Shown: in pieces, positions 49,406 through 58,240 of the stretch
Layout: every line of letters begins with the position of its first letter
Position numbering within the stretch: the stretch's first letter is position 1
Source of the DNA: Candidatus Woesearchaeota archaeon
GTDB lineage: Archaea; Nanobdellota; Nanobdellia; SCGC-AAA011-G17; JACPIM01
NCBI GenBank assembly: GCA_018302125.1
Contig: JAGWAC010000031.1
Location: forward strand, 1-58,240
Length of the DNA: 58,240 bases
Direction: 5' to 3'
Notes under the pieces: generated by a model
What the model saw: the letters and a program-made list of their open reading frames with translations, nothing else
Databases searched by the model: none
What the model was told of the DNA's origin: nothing
Translations under genes and position numbers: made by a program

Positions 49406-52261
49406 TCAAAAGGCTTTTTCAAAGCTTAACTCAAAATCCCTGTCTTTAATTTTTCCATTAATACTTTCTTTGAGTTTTTTGCCGTTAAAACTCAGAAATT
49501 TAACACCTGCTCTTCCTTTAATCTCTTTCTCAAAATTATTTAAATTTACACCAAAAGAGATATCAAGATTAATCCTGTCTTCTCTCTTCAAATTGTATTT
49601 TTTTCTTAAATCCTGGATTCTCCTCATTATTTCTCTGTAATATCCTTCTTCTTCTAATTCCTTGGTCATTTCAGTATCTAAAATTATGTGACCGAATTTA
49701 AAAAGAACGCCATTTACTTCTTCTTCCAATATTTTTTCAACAATATTAAATTTAATTCCTTTTAAATTACTCTGCTTCAATATTAGTTCTATCAAGGGCT
49801 TTACTTTTTTGACTATTTTCTCATTATCTTTTTGTAAATTTACAATAGCTTGTTTTAATGGCCATCTAACTCCAATCTTAACTTTATCTCTAGCAGCCAT
49901 TATTCCTTGAATTATTTCATTGCTATAAGTCATAGCAGTTTCTAACTCTTCATTAATTAATTTTTTATTTGAATTAGGCCAAGATTGTAAATGTATAGAT
50001 TCTTTTTCATAAACATCTAAATTTATTTTTTCTGTTAAGAAAGGCAAGAACGGAGCTAGTAAAGTTATAGCTTCTAAATAAACATCAAATAAAACTTTTT
50101 GCACTCTTCCATTATCTAAATCATCCCTGATAAAATGGATATAAGTTTTTGAAAAATCAAACAATAAGAAATTCTTAATTTCTTCCAAAGCCTTATGATA
50201 TTCAAGAGAGTCTAAATAATTAGTAACTTTTAATTTTAGATTTTCAACCCTTGACAAAATCCATAAACTGGCTGGATCTTTGCTATGCTCCTTAGATAAA
50301 TTTTTAGAATTTTGTTTTACATAATTTGCTAAATTCAAGATTACTAATAAATATCTTTGGATCTCTTTACCAGGACCATATCCAAAATTTAAATTAAATT
50401 GTGGATTTTGACTGCAATATTGCCATCTCATTACATCAGCACCCATTTTTTCTACAGCCTCATTAAACCAAATTGCATTTCCCTTGCTTTTATGCATGGG
50501 TTCTCCTTTTTCATCTCTTACTTCCTCATAAGTAAGAATTCTTTTATATGGTGCCTTACCTTCTAAAACAACAGACATAAATAATTGGGCATAAAACCAT
50601 AATCTTACTTGTGCTCTCATTTCAATTTCTAGTTCAACTGGGAACCATTTATTCCAATATTTTTTATCTTCAAAATACTTAATTGTTGAAAACGGAACTA
50701 TTCCAGCATCTAGCCAGCAATCTCCAACATCTTTTATTCTTTCTATTGTTTGTCCGCATTTACATTTAATTTTTGTTTTGTCTATCCAAGGTCTATGCAA
50801 TTCTGGTAATTTATCAACTTCCTTCTTGTCAATAGCCTTTTCTTTTAATTCTTTTAAAGAACCTATAACTTCAATGTTATTACATTTTGAACATTCAAAA
50901 AACATTAAAGGTAATCCCCAATATCTTCTTCTGGAAATATTCCAATCTTCCATATTATCCAACCAGTCCTGCATTAATTTTTCAGTATGTTCTGGATACC
51001 ATTCTACTTTTGCAGCTTCCTTTTTCATAATTGGTCTTATTTCATCACATCTTATGAACCAGGAAGAATCTAGTCTGAAAACAAGCTCCTCTTTACATCT
51101 CCAGCAAATAGGATATCTGTGTTTATAATTTTCAATTTTAAATAATAATTTTCTTTTTTCTAAATCAGCGACAATTTCTTTTTTAACACTCTTTACATTT
51201 TTTCCAGAAACCCACCCAAATCCTTTGTTATAATTTCCAAATTCATCTAAAGCAACATCTAATATTTTTAAACCTAATTTATTTCCAATTTCATAATCAA
51301 CATCTCCGCAGTTTGGAGCTAAGTGAACTATCCCAGTACCATCTGTTTCTCCTACTTCATCCCAGGGAATTACTTTGGGTTTAACTCCTTTTTGTACTTC
51401 AATATCTGGGAAAAAAGATTCATATCCTAAACCAACTAAGTCAGCCCCTTTTAAGTTACTAATGATAGAATATTCTTTACCTAATTTTTTTGAAGTGCCT
51501 TCAGAAATATAATAAATTTCATCTCCTTTTTTTGCTTTTACATAAGTGATATTTGGATTAACAGCAGCAGCAACATTAGACAAAAGAGTCCACTCAGTAG
51601 TTGTCCAAATTAGCAAAAATTCATTACTTCTTCCTTTTATCTTTGCCTTTACATAAACAGAAGGATGAACTAAATCAGCATACCCCTCATCGCTCATTTC
51701 ATGTTTTGAAGAACTTGTTCCACATCTTATACACCAAGGCAATATTCTTTTGCCTTTATACAACCAATTTTTTTCATGACATTTTTTTAAAAAATACCAT
51801 ATAGATTGAATATTATCATCATTCATTGTAAAATAATCATTACCCCAATCCATCCATTGTCCTAAAAGTATAGACTGCTCTGTTTGTACTTTAGAAAACT
51901 TTTCAACTCTCTGTCTGCATGCTTTTGAAAATTTCTCCAATCCAAAATTTTCAATATCTTTTTTGGAATTAAATCCTAAATCCTTCTCAGTTTCTACTTC
52001 TAACCATAAACCCTGGCAGTCAAATCCATTTTGATATCTCTCATCATACCCTTGCATAGATTTATATCTTTGAAATAAATCTTTCAGAGTTCTACCCCAG
52101 GCATGATGCACGCCCATGGGATTATTAGCAGTTATAGGACCGTCTAAAAATGAAAAAGCTTTTTTATCTTTATTTCTCATCCTTAATTTATCAAATATCT
52201 TTTTATTTTTCCAATACTCTAAAATTTCCTTCTCAGTTTCAAAATATTTATAATCAACCAT
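49406..52261 (-). CDS. ileS: isoleucyl-tRNA synthetase (archaeal/eukaryotic type)
   Basis: DGPITAN..MGVHH, GTGIVH, CWRC, WNISRRRYWG, PMHKS. Confidence 0.93.
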   Translation of the reverse strand: MVDYKYFETEKEILEYWKNKKIFDKLRMRNKDKKAFSFLDGPITANNPMGVHHAWGRTLKDLFQRYKSMQGYDERYQNGFDCQGLWLEVETEKDLGFNSKKDIENFGLEKFSKACRQRVEKFSKVQTEQSILLGQWMDWGNDYFTMNDDNIQSIWYFLKKCHEKNWLYKGKRILPWCIRCGTSSSKHEMSDEGYADLVHPSVYVKAKIKGRSNEFLLIWTTTEWTLLSNVAAAVNPNITYVKAKKGDEIYYISEGTSKKLGKEYSIISNLKGADLVGLGYESFFPDIEVQKGVKPKVIPWDEVGETDGTGIVHLAPNCGDVDYEIGNKLGLKILDVALDEFGNYNKGFGWVSGKNVKSVKKEIVADLEKRKLLFKIENYKHRYPICWRCKEELVFRLDSSWFIRCDEIRPIMKKEAAKVEWYPEHTEKLMQDWLDNMEDWNISRRRYWGLPLMFFECSKCNNIEVIGSLKELKEKAIDKKEVDKLPELHRPWIDKTKIKCKCGQTIERIKDVGDCWLDAGIVPFSTIKYFEDKKYWNKWFPVELEIEMRAQVRLWFYAQLFMSVVLEGKAPYKRILTYEEVRDEKGEPMHKSKGNAIWFNEAVEKMGADVMRWQYCSQNPQFNLNFGYGPGKEIQRYLLVILNLANYVKQNSKNLSKEHSKDPASLWILSRVENLKLKVTNYLDSLEYHKALEEIKNFLLFDFSKTYIHFIRDDLDNGRVQKVLFDVYLEAITLLAPFLPFLTEKINLDVYEKESIHLQSWPNSNKKLINEELETAMTYSNEIIQGIMAARDKVKIGVRWPLKQAIVNLQKDNEKIVKKVKPLIELILKQSNLKGIKFNIVEKILEEEVNGVLFKFGHIILDTEMTKELEEEGYYREIMRRIQDLRKKYNLKREDRINLDISFGVNLNNFEKEIKGRAGVKFLSFNGKKLKESINGKIKDRDFELSFEKAF

Positions 52262-52273
52262 TTTTATCCAATT

Positions 52274-52609
52274 TTAATAATTCCTTACATACTTCTTTCT
52301 CCCAGCCTTTTTTAAAATTTGTGGTAATATATTTAAAATTAAAGTTTTCTTTATAAAAATCAAGGTATTTATTTGTAGTAAATGACCAATTTTTTCAGTT
52401 TCACTTGGATAAGTAATTATAACTGGTGTAACCTCTTTTTTATAAATAAAAACCATTAATTTAGATATATCATTCAAAATTTTTGTAATAATCTTTTCCT
52501 TCTTCCTTAAATTTGTCTTACCTCCAGATTTGGATATTGATATAAAAAAATTCGTGTTATTTGGACTTAATACTTGTAAATCATACCACTTGCCATTCAT
52601 TATTTCCAA
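52274..52609 (-). CDS. hypothetical protein (uncertain)
   Basis: ORF track only. Confidence 0.35.
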   Translation of the reverse strand: MEIMNGKWYDLQVLSPNNTNFFISISKSGGKTNLRKKEKIITKILNDISKLMVFIYKKEVTPVIITYPSETEKIGHLLQINTLIFIKKTLILNILPQILKKAGRKKYVRNY

Positions 52610-52654
52610 AGTAAAATAAGAAAGTTTATATGATTATTTACATAAAAAGCAGTT

Positions 52655-54139
52655 ATGTATGAAATAAAGGGTTTTATTCCTAGAAATTACCAAAATAGCA
52701 TTCTTGAAACAGCTAAAAACTCAAACACTTTAGTTATACTTCCGACAGGGCTTGGCAAAACAAAAATTTCAATTTTACTTGCAATTCATGAATTAAATAA
52801 AAACCCAAATTCAAAAATTCTAATTACTTCTCCGACAAAACCACTGTCTTCCCAGTTGTGTAATGAATTCAAAAACCATACAAATATAGAAAACATTTCT
52901 TTGCTAACAGGTTCTATAAAGCCAGAAAAAAGAAAAGAAATCTGGGAAAATTCAACAGTTATAGCAGCAACCCCGCAAACTATCCGCTCTGATATTGATA
53001 ATAATAGAATTAATTTAGATAATGTTAGCTTATTGATTATAGATGAATGCCATAGGTCAAAAATGCGTTATGCTACAACAATTTTGGCAAAGAATTACAA
53101 AAATAAAATTCTGGCATTAACAGCTTCTCCAGGAAATACAAAAGAAAAAATCGAAGAAATTTGTACTAACCTAAATATAGAAAATATTGAAATAAGAACA
53201 GAAGAAGATGAAGATATTCAGGAGCATATTCAAAAAAAATATACCTCAAATGTTTTGGTAGAATTGCCGGAAGAATTGCTAAAATTAAGTAAATTATTAA
53301 AAGAAGCTAAAAATGAAAAATTATTAAATCTAAAAAAAGTTGGATTTACTAAGCCTGTATACTTAGTAAATAAAAAAGATTTGATCTTATTGCAAAATAG
53401 ATTTAGAGCAGAAATAAGTAAAAAAAGTTTTATGGCTTTTTATGGAATCTCTTTGGTTTCTCAGATCCTAAAGATTGATCATGCTCTAGATTTATTAGAA
53501 ACCCAGGGTCTTAATCAATTAAAAGAGTATTTTGAAAAATTAAAAACAGAAACAGCAAAGGCTTCTAAAACAATCTTGAATAATGAAAAAATAAAAAAAG
53601 TAATTGAAAAAACAGAAGAATTATCTGAAAAAACCAAACATCCTAAAATCAATAAATTAAAAGAAATAATAGCTAATGAATTAAACCTTGATCCCAATAT
53701 AAAAATAATAGTGTTTGCAAATTTTAGGAATACGGTGCATGAAATAGTAAATGAATTAAAAGCAGTAGTTAATGTGAGGCCAGGATTCCTTTTGGGACAA
53801 AAAGAAGGGATTACCCAAAAACATCAGATTGAAACAATAAAGAAATTTGAAGATAATACATTTAATGTATTGATAGCAACCTCAATTGCAGAGGAGGGTA
53901 TAGATATCAAAGGCGGAGCTAAATTAGCTATTTTCTATGATTCTGTTCCTAGCGAAATAAGGAATATACAAAGAAAAGGCCGTGTCGGAAGATTAGACAC
54001 AGGAAAAATAATATTTCTAATGACAAAAGATTCAAGAGATATAGCCTATTTCTGGACATCGAAAAGAAAGGAAAAGAAAATGAAAAACATAATATCCCAA
54101 ATTCAAAAAAAGAAGGAAAAACAACTAAAGCTTTCCTAA
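52655..54139 (+). CDS. Hef/FANCM-family SF2 helicase
   Basis: LPTGLGKT, DECH, LTASPG, IQRKGRVGR. Confidence 0.9.
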   Translation: MYEIKGFIPRNYQNSILETAKNSNTLVILPTGLGKTKISILLAIHELNKNPNSKILITSPTKPLSSQLCNEFKNHTNIENISLLTGSIKPEKRKEIWENSTVIAATPQTIRSDIDNNRINLDNVSLLIIDECHRSKMRYATTILAKNYKNKILALTASPGNTKEKIEEICTNLNIENIEIRTEEDEDIQEHIQKKYTSNVLVELPEELLKLSKLLKEAKNEKLLNLKKVGFTKPVYLVNKKDLILLQNRFRAEISKKSFMAFYGISLVSQILKIDHALDLLETQGLNQLKEYFEKLKTETAKASKTILNNEKIKKVIEKTEELSEKTKHPKINKLKEIIANELNLDPNIKIIVFANFRNTVHEIVNELKAVVNVRPGFLLGQKEGITQKHQIETIKKFEDNTFNVLIATSIAEEGIDIKGGAKLAIFYDSVPSEIRNIQRKGRVGRLDTGKIIFLMTKDSRDIAYFWTSKRKEKKMKNIISQIQKKKEKQLKLS

Positions 54140-54171
54140 TTTTTGGTGAAGCTTTTTCGTAAAAAGATTCA

Positions 54172-54837
54172 ATGATAAAAATATTAATAGATCATAGAGA
54201 AAAAAACTCAGGTATAATTGAAGAATTAGCCAAAGATAATGAAATAGAAATAAAGCAATTAGCAGTAGCTGATTTTATTATTGAAGGAAATAATGCAGAT
54301 GGAGAAAAACAAATAATTGGCATAGAAAGAAAAACAAAAGAAGATTTCTTAAATTCAATTATAGATAAAAGATTGATTTCCCAATTGAATTTATTAAGAG
54401 AAAACTTTAAGCATCCGATTTTAATAATAGAAGGTACAGAAAATTTATACAGAATGAGAGAATTCCACCCAAATGCAGTAAGGGGTATGATGGCTAGCAT
54501 AGCAATTGATTTCCAAGTGCCAATCCTGCATACAAGAAATTATAGAGACACTTCAAAATTAATTTCAGTAATAGCAAAAAGATTGGAAAAACCGAAGAAG
54601 CTTTCCTCTTTATTATTGCAAAGAAAGCCCCTAACAATAAAAGAACAGCAAGAAATGATAGTTGGTTCATTTCCTGGTATTGGTTCAGAGATTTCGAAAA
54701 ATTTACTAAAAAATTTCAAGACAATAAAGAATTTTATTAATGCAGACATAAAAAAATTAAAAGAAGTAGAAAGAGTAGGGAAAAAGAAAGCGGAAAAAAT
54801 TTTAGAATTATTAGAAAAAGAATACCAGGAAAACTAG
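54172..54837 (+). CDS. ERCC4/XPF nuclease with HhH2
   Basis: IDHRE, ADF, ERKT..DF..S, FPGIG. Confidence 0.92.
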   Translation: MIKILIDHREKNSGIIEELAKDNEIEIKQLAVADFIIEGNNADGEKQIIGIERKTKEDFLNSIIDKRLISQLNLLRENFKHPILIIEGTENLYRMREFHPNAVRGMMASIAIDFQVPILHTRNYRDTSKLISVIAKRLEKPKKLSSLLLQRKPLTIKEQQEMIVGSFPGIGSEISKNLLKNFKTIKNFINADIKKLKEVERVGKKKAEKILELLEKEYQEN

Positions 54838-54841
54838 TCTT

Positions 54842-55642
54842 TCAAAACCTTCTCTTTTTTCCATCTTTAAAAAAGCCCTTCAGTTCTTTGAATAATTTCT
54901 GTTTTCTTAAGCCAATTTTTTTTCCTTTTCTATTTTTGCTTAATTTATAAATTGTAAAAATTAATAAAAACAATATAGAAATCATTAAGATTAAGTTTGG
55001 CAGGTAAGCAAAAGACAATTTCTTTTTTTCATAAACATCTTTTACTTTAAAAGGATATCCAGCTATTGCTGTATCTTTCTGGTCTTGTAATTTTACAATC
55101 AGCATATAATATCCTGGTTTTATTTCTAGAGGAAGCTTAATTTCCTTTAAAAAACTTGCAGTTGAATCAAAAGTCTTTGCCTCGTATTCTTTAAAAAGTA
55201 TCTCTTTATTTGTGTCTTCTATATTATATTCTAAATTAATATTTGTAAGTCCTGTTCTTTTTATGTTAAGGATTTTAATTTTAGCAATAATTTTTTCTCC
55301 TGGAAATAATTCTGCATATTTTTTAGGAATAAACAGGTTTAGCTCAAATAAATTTCCAACTACTTTTACTGGTTCTGGTTTTTTCTCCGGTTCTTTAATT
55401 ACTTCTGATGAAATAGATGGATTTCCGCCTCCGCCGCCAGAGCTTCCTGTCACCAAACCTACACTAGAACTTTCTGGTTCAGTTGGTGAAACTATAGTAA
55501 TAGTTACGCTCAATGCACCAGAAGTTGCTTTTGTATTTATTGATGGCTTGCTTAAAAAATCAACAATCTGGCTGTTAAAAACAACAAATGAAATTAATAA
55601 GATAGCCAATGCTAGTAATATTGTTTTAATCTCTTTTTTCAT
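54842..55642 (-). CDS. membrane-anchored surface protein
   Basis: N-terminal TM, Gly/Ser linker, Ig-like region, C-terminal TM. Confidence 0.65.
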   Translation of the reverse strand: MKKEIKTILLALAILLISFVVFNSQIVDFLSKPSINTKATSGALSVTITIVSPTEPESSSVGLVTGSSGGGGGNPSISSEVIKEPEKKPEPVKVVGNLFELNLFIPKKYAELFPGEKIIAKIKILNIKRTGLTNINLEYNIEDTNKEILFKEYEAKTFDSTASFLKEIKLPLEIKPGYYMLIVKLQDQKDTAIAGYPFKVKDVYEKKKLSFAYLPNLILMISILFLLIFTIYKLSKNRKGKKIGLRKQKLFKELKGFFKDGKKRRF

Positions 55643-55652
55643 CTAAGATAAT

Positions 55653-56219
55653 TTATCTTCTTTTCTTTTTATTATTTGCTAATTTATGTTTTTTTATAAA
55701 GAAGACTATTGCTATTAATACCAGCACAATTAATAATCCTGTTGCTGTCCTGAAATTTGTTTTCCTTTCTTGTATTTGCTCTGGTGTTGGTTGGACTATC
55801 GTTACATAAAATCTTTGCTCTATTCCAGTTCCCAATGAAGTTCCTGATGCTTTTGGGACCATTGTCTGAATATAAAGAATTACCAAATATCTTTCTCCAA
55901 TTTTTGCTTCTTTCGGAACTTTTATATTGACAGGCAAGGGTATATCCTTGGTTTTTGCAGGAATAAGAATTTCATCTTTGCCAGAAATTCTAGCTATATT
56001 AGTTCCTTCTTTAATAGAGACTTTTACTGTTACATCATTTTCTGCTCCGTTTTGCAGTAAAAACATTAATTCTGTTTGAACTCCAGGCAATCCGGCAGCT
56101 TCACCATAACCATTTACTGGATTATAAGGTAATGTAAGTCCTAATGCATTTACAATAAAAGAATTCAATACTATAAAAACCATAAATGCTATTAAATTAA
56201 ATTTTATTTTATACAACAT
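55653..56219 (-). CDS. membrane-anchored surface protein
   Basis: Signal peptide and C-terminal TM with basic tail. Confidence 0.65.
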   Translation of the reverse strand: MLYKIKFNLIAFMVFIVLNSFIVNALGLTLPYNPVNGYGEAAGLPGVQTELMFLLQNGAENDVTVKVSIKEGTNIARISGKDEILIPAKTKDIPLPVNIKVPKEAKIGERYLVILYIQTMVPKASGTSLGTGIEQRFYVTIVQPTPEQIQERKTNFRTATGLLIVLVLIAIVFFIKKHKLANNKKKRR

Positions 56220-57231
56220 CTAATGTCCACGCTCCTAATTCTAAAGTTGAATATGATTGTGCATTTAAGCCCATTGGTACATCAATTAAGCAAACAAATA
56301 TATGTTCTTGTCCAGATGTTCTATTTTGTATTGAATGATTTCCTATTGCAAGCACTGAGTTTGTTATTCCAGTTGCAGTATTATTTACAAATGCAGTTGC
56401 ATTTGAGCCACTTTCAGCATTCTTGCAACCAGCATTAGTATTTGCTGTTGTGCTGTTTACGACCTCCATTGTGAAATTAACAGCTGGTATATATTGTGTC
56501 TTTGTAATTTCACCTACTAAATTTCTACCAGTAATCCTTACATTTCCAGAGGTTATTCCAACATTCCCAGTGTTATTTACAACAACAGGATCATTGGTGC
56601 TTGTAGCATTGTCTTCTCCAGCAACAGGCGATCCAAAAGTAATATTTGCCGGACCAACAAAAATAGCTATTGTTGAAGATAAAGTAAAGTTATGAGTGTT
56701 GTTTTGTGCTGCAAAACTTCCGTTGTACTCAATATATGCAATAGTGATATTCCATTCTCCTGCTGACGAGAAATACCATACAGGTACACTACAGCTTATA
56801 TTGGCAGTAGTGCTGTTAATGTCTCCTGAATCAAAGCACCCTCCTGATGTTGGACTTGAATAATTATAAACTGGTGATCCCGCGCTTCCGCCTGTCTTTG
56901 TTAAATTAATTCTTGCTCTGTCAGCAGAAATAGTATCTACGCCGTCTGGGTCATTTATCTCAAAAGAAATAGTTACATTTGTAAAAGAATTATCAGTTAT
57001 TGACTGTATTGATGTATTATATACCAAAGATATTACAGGATTTCTTCCAAGAAGAGTTAAATTAACACTTGAGACTCCGGTCGAACCCATTCCAGTAATG
57101 CTGACTATTCCATAGCTTGATTTCTCTAAAAGTTCTTTAACAGAAAACCCAGAAACATTTAAGACTGTTATGCAAAATAATATCAATAGAAAACTTATTT
57201 TAAAAATGTGTACCCCTCTTTTGGTTTCCAT
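56209..57231 (-). CDS. secreted Asn/Thr/Ser-rich protein
   Basis: Signal peptide; many N-x-S/T sequons. Confidence 0.65.
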   Translation of the reverse strand: METKRGVHIFKISFLLILFCITVLNVSGFSVKELLEKSSYGIVSITGMGSTGVSSVNLTLLGRNPVISLVYNTSIQSITDNSFTNVTISFEINDPDGVDTISADRARINLTKTGGSAGSPVYNYSSPTSGGCFDSGDINSTTANISCSVPVWYFSSAGEWNITIAYIEYNGSFAAQNNTHNFTLSSTIAIFVGPANITFGSPVAGEDNATSTNDPVVVNNTGNVGITSGNVRITGRNLVGEITKTQYIPAVNFTMEVVNSTTANTNAGCKNAESGSNATAFVNNTATGITNSVLAIGNHSIQNRTSGQEHIFVCLIDVPMGLNAQSYSTLELGAWTLDVV

Positions 57232-57363
57232 AATTTCACTTTGTATAAGATATAATAAATTTATAATTTTTTTGTAATTTATAATCTTTTTGGAATAAGG
57301 GGGGTTGGTGCGAAATTAGCTGTTAAGCTAATTTGCTAAAAGAATTAGAGTTAAAAAGTTAAT

Positions 57364-57459
57364 TTAATGACAAACTTTTACTCCTTTCTTTTGCTTATCT
57401 AAATCGTTAATGAAGTTCTTGTACTTTTTCTTGTTATTGTAAATATCATTGTCTGCCAT
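57364..57459 (-). pseudogene. 31-codon stub homologous to 4290-4388 (probable integrase N-terminus)
   Basis: MADNDIYNNKKKYKNF...; preceded by the same GTCACACCTTGATAT motif (57487-57501). Confidence 0.45.
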
Positions 57460-57530
57460 TAACCTTACATTCCTTTTTCTCCTTAAATATCAAGGTGTGA
57501 CAGCACAACGGAATAAAGAATATATATTAT

Positions 57531-57546
57531 GTAAGATATATCTTAC
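57531..57546. promoter_or_regulatory. palindromic operator of the TA pair
   Basis: Perfect 16-bp palindrome GTAAGATATATCTTAC ending 11 bp before the AbrB start. Confidence 0.6.
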
Positions 57547-57557
57547 TTGGTGATAAA

Positions 57558-57824
57558 ATGGAAATTGCACTTACAAAAATGAGTTCAAAAGGACAAGTAG
57601 TTATACCATCTGAACTAAGAAGGAATATCAGTGAAGGAGAAACTTTAATGATTATTAAAAATGATAATCAGTTAATTATAAAGAAAGCGACTGAATTAGA
57701 TAAAAAATTAAAAGAAGATTTGGAATTTGCTAAAAGAACAGAAGAAGCTTGGAAGAGTTATGAGAAAGGGGAATTTAAAAAGAAAAATGTTAGTGATTTT
57801 TTAGAAGGTTTAAAGAGTTGGTAA
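57558..57824 (+). CDS. AbrB/MazE-type antitoxin
   Basis: KMSSKGQVVIPSELR. Confidence 0.88.
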   Translation: MEIALTKMSSKGQVVIPSELRRNISEGETLMIIKNDNQLIIKKATELDKKLKEDLEFAKRTEEAWKSYEKGEFKKKNVSDFLEGLKSW

Positions 57825-57827
57825 TAA

Positions 57828-58073
57828 TTGATTATAGAATATACTGATAGTTTTCAGAAAATTGTTTCTAAGATTAGAGATTCTGCTCAAAAAGAAAAAG
57901 TACTCAAACAAATTGCTAAAATTGTTGAAAATCCTGAAATTGGAAAGCCAATGATGTATGCAAGAAAAGGAACTAGGGAATTATATGTTAAACCATTTCG
58001 CCTATCTTATGCTTATTTGAAAGAAGAAAACAAAATTATATTTTTAGATTTATATCATAAAGATGAGCAATAA
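57828..58073 (+). CDS. RelE/ParE-family toxin
   Basis: IEYTDSF..., ENPEIGKP, RELYVKPFRL.Y, YHKD. Confidence 0.85.
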   Translation: MIIEYTDSFQKIVSKIRDSAQKEKVLKQIAKIVENPEIGKPMMYARKGTRELYVKPFRLSYAYLKEENKIIFLDLYHKDEQ

Positions 58074-58240
58074 AATTTATGATGCAAATAATGAAAATAT
58101 TGTGTGTCGGTGACCTCGGATAAAGAAAGTTATCCCCGCCAGCAGGACAGAACAAAAGTGTTCGACTTTCTATCTATTCTGCTTACAAAAATTTATATAG
58201 AAACTTCAAATATAGAATTAAAAATGGAAGAAGAAACTAA

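Noticed and set aside
54120-54172. Possible BHB intron fusing the Hef helicase and ERCC4 ORFs (GCTT/AAGC helix)
   Set aside because: Flanking helices are weak and the predicted splice product is out of frame with ERCC4
58095-58190. MKILCVGDL-like start and GTTATCCCCGCCAGC resembling a type I-E CRISPR repeat
   Set aside because: Single copy with no spacer array; the frame stops after 10 codons and no convincing BHB rescues it; window edge limits interpretation

Overview
AT-rich chromosomal window from a DPANN archaeon, most likely Woesearchaeota/Pacearchaeota-like (fused PriS-PriL primase, eL31/eL39/eS19, Hjc, Kae1, Cbf5). Positions ~1-6.9 kb are a decaying accessory island at the 3' end of tRNA-Arg(GCG): toxin-antitoxin pairs, a surface-protein gene broken by in-frame stops, two ~100-bp att-like junction repeats and a probable integrase stub. 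Only the 3' two-thirds of that tRNA-Arg is present. The core region holds guaB, RNase J, Mre11-Rad50, RNase P RNA and a 16S-tRNA-Ala-23S operon. By manual folding I find 10 bulge-helix-bulge (BHB) introns: 2 in 16S, 5 in 23S (one encoding a LAGLIDADG endonuclease), 2 in tRNA-Ala, and a 22-nt intron that splits the catalytic Asp codon of the protein-coding gene cbf5. A bacterial sigma70-family gene lies directly behind the 23S. A ~30-bp hairpin repeat recurs at gene junctions and inside a tRNA intron. A histone-fold gene and rpl39e were missed by the ORF track. All assignments come from reading motifs by eye; no searches were run, and E. coli rRNA numbering is approximate.
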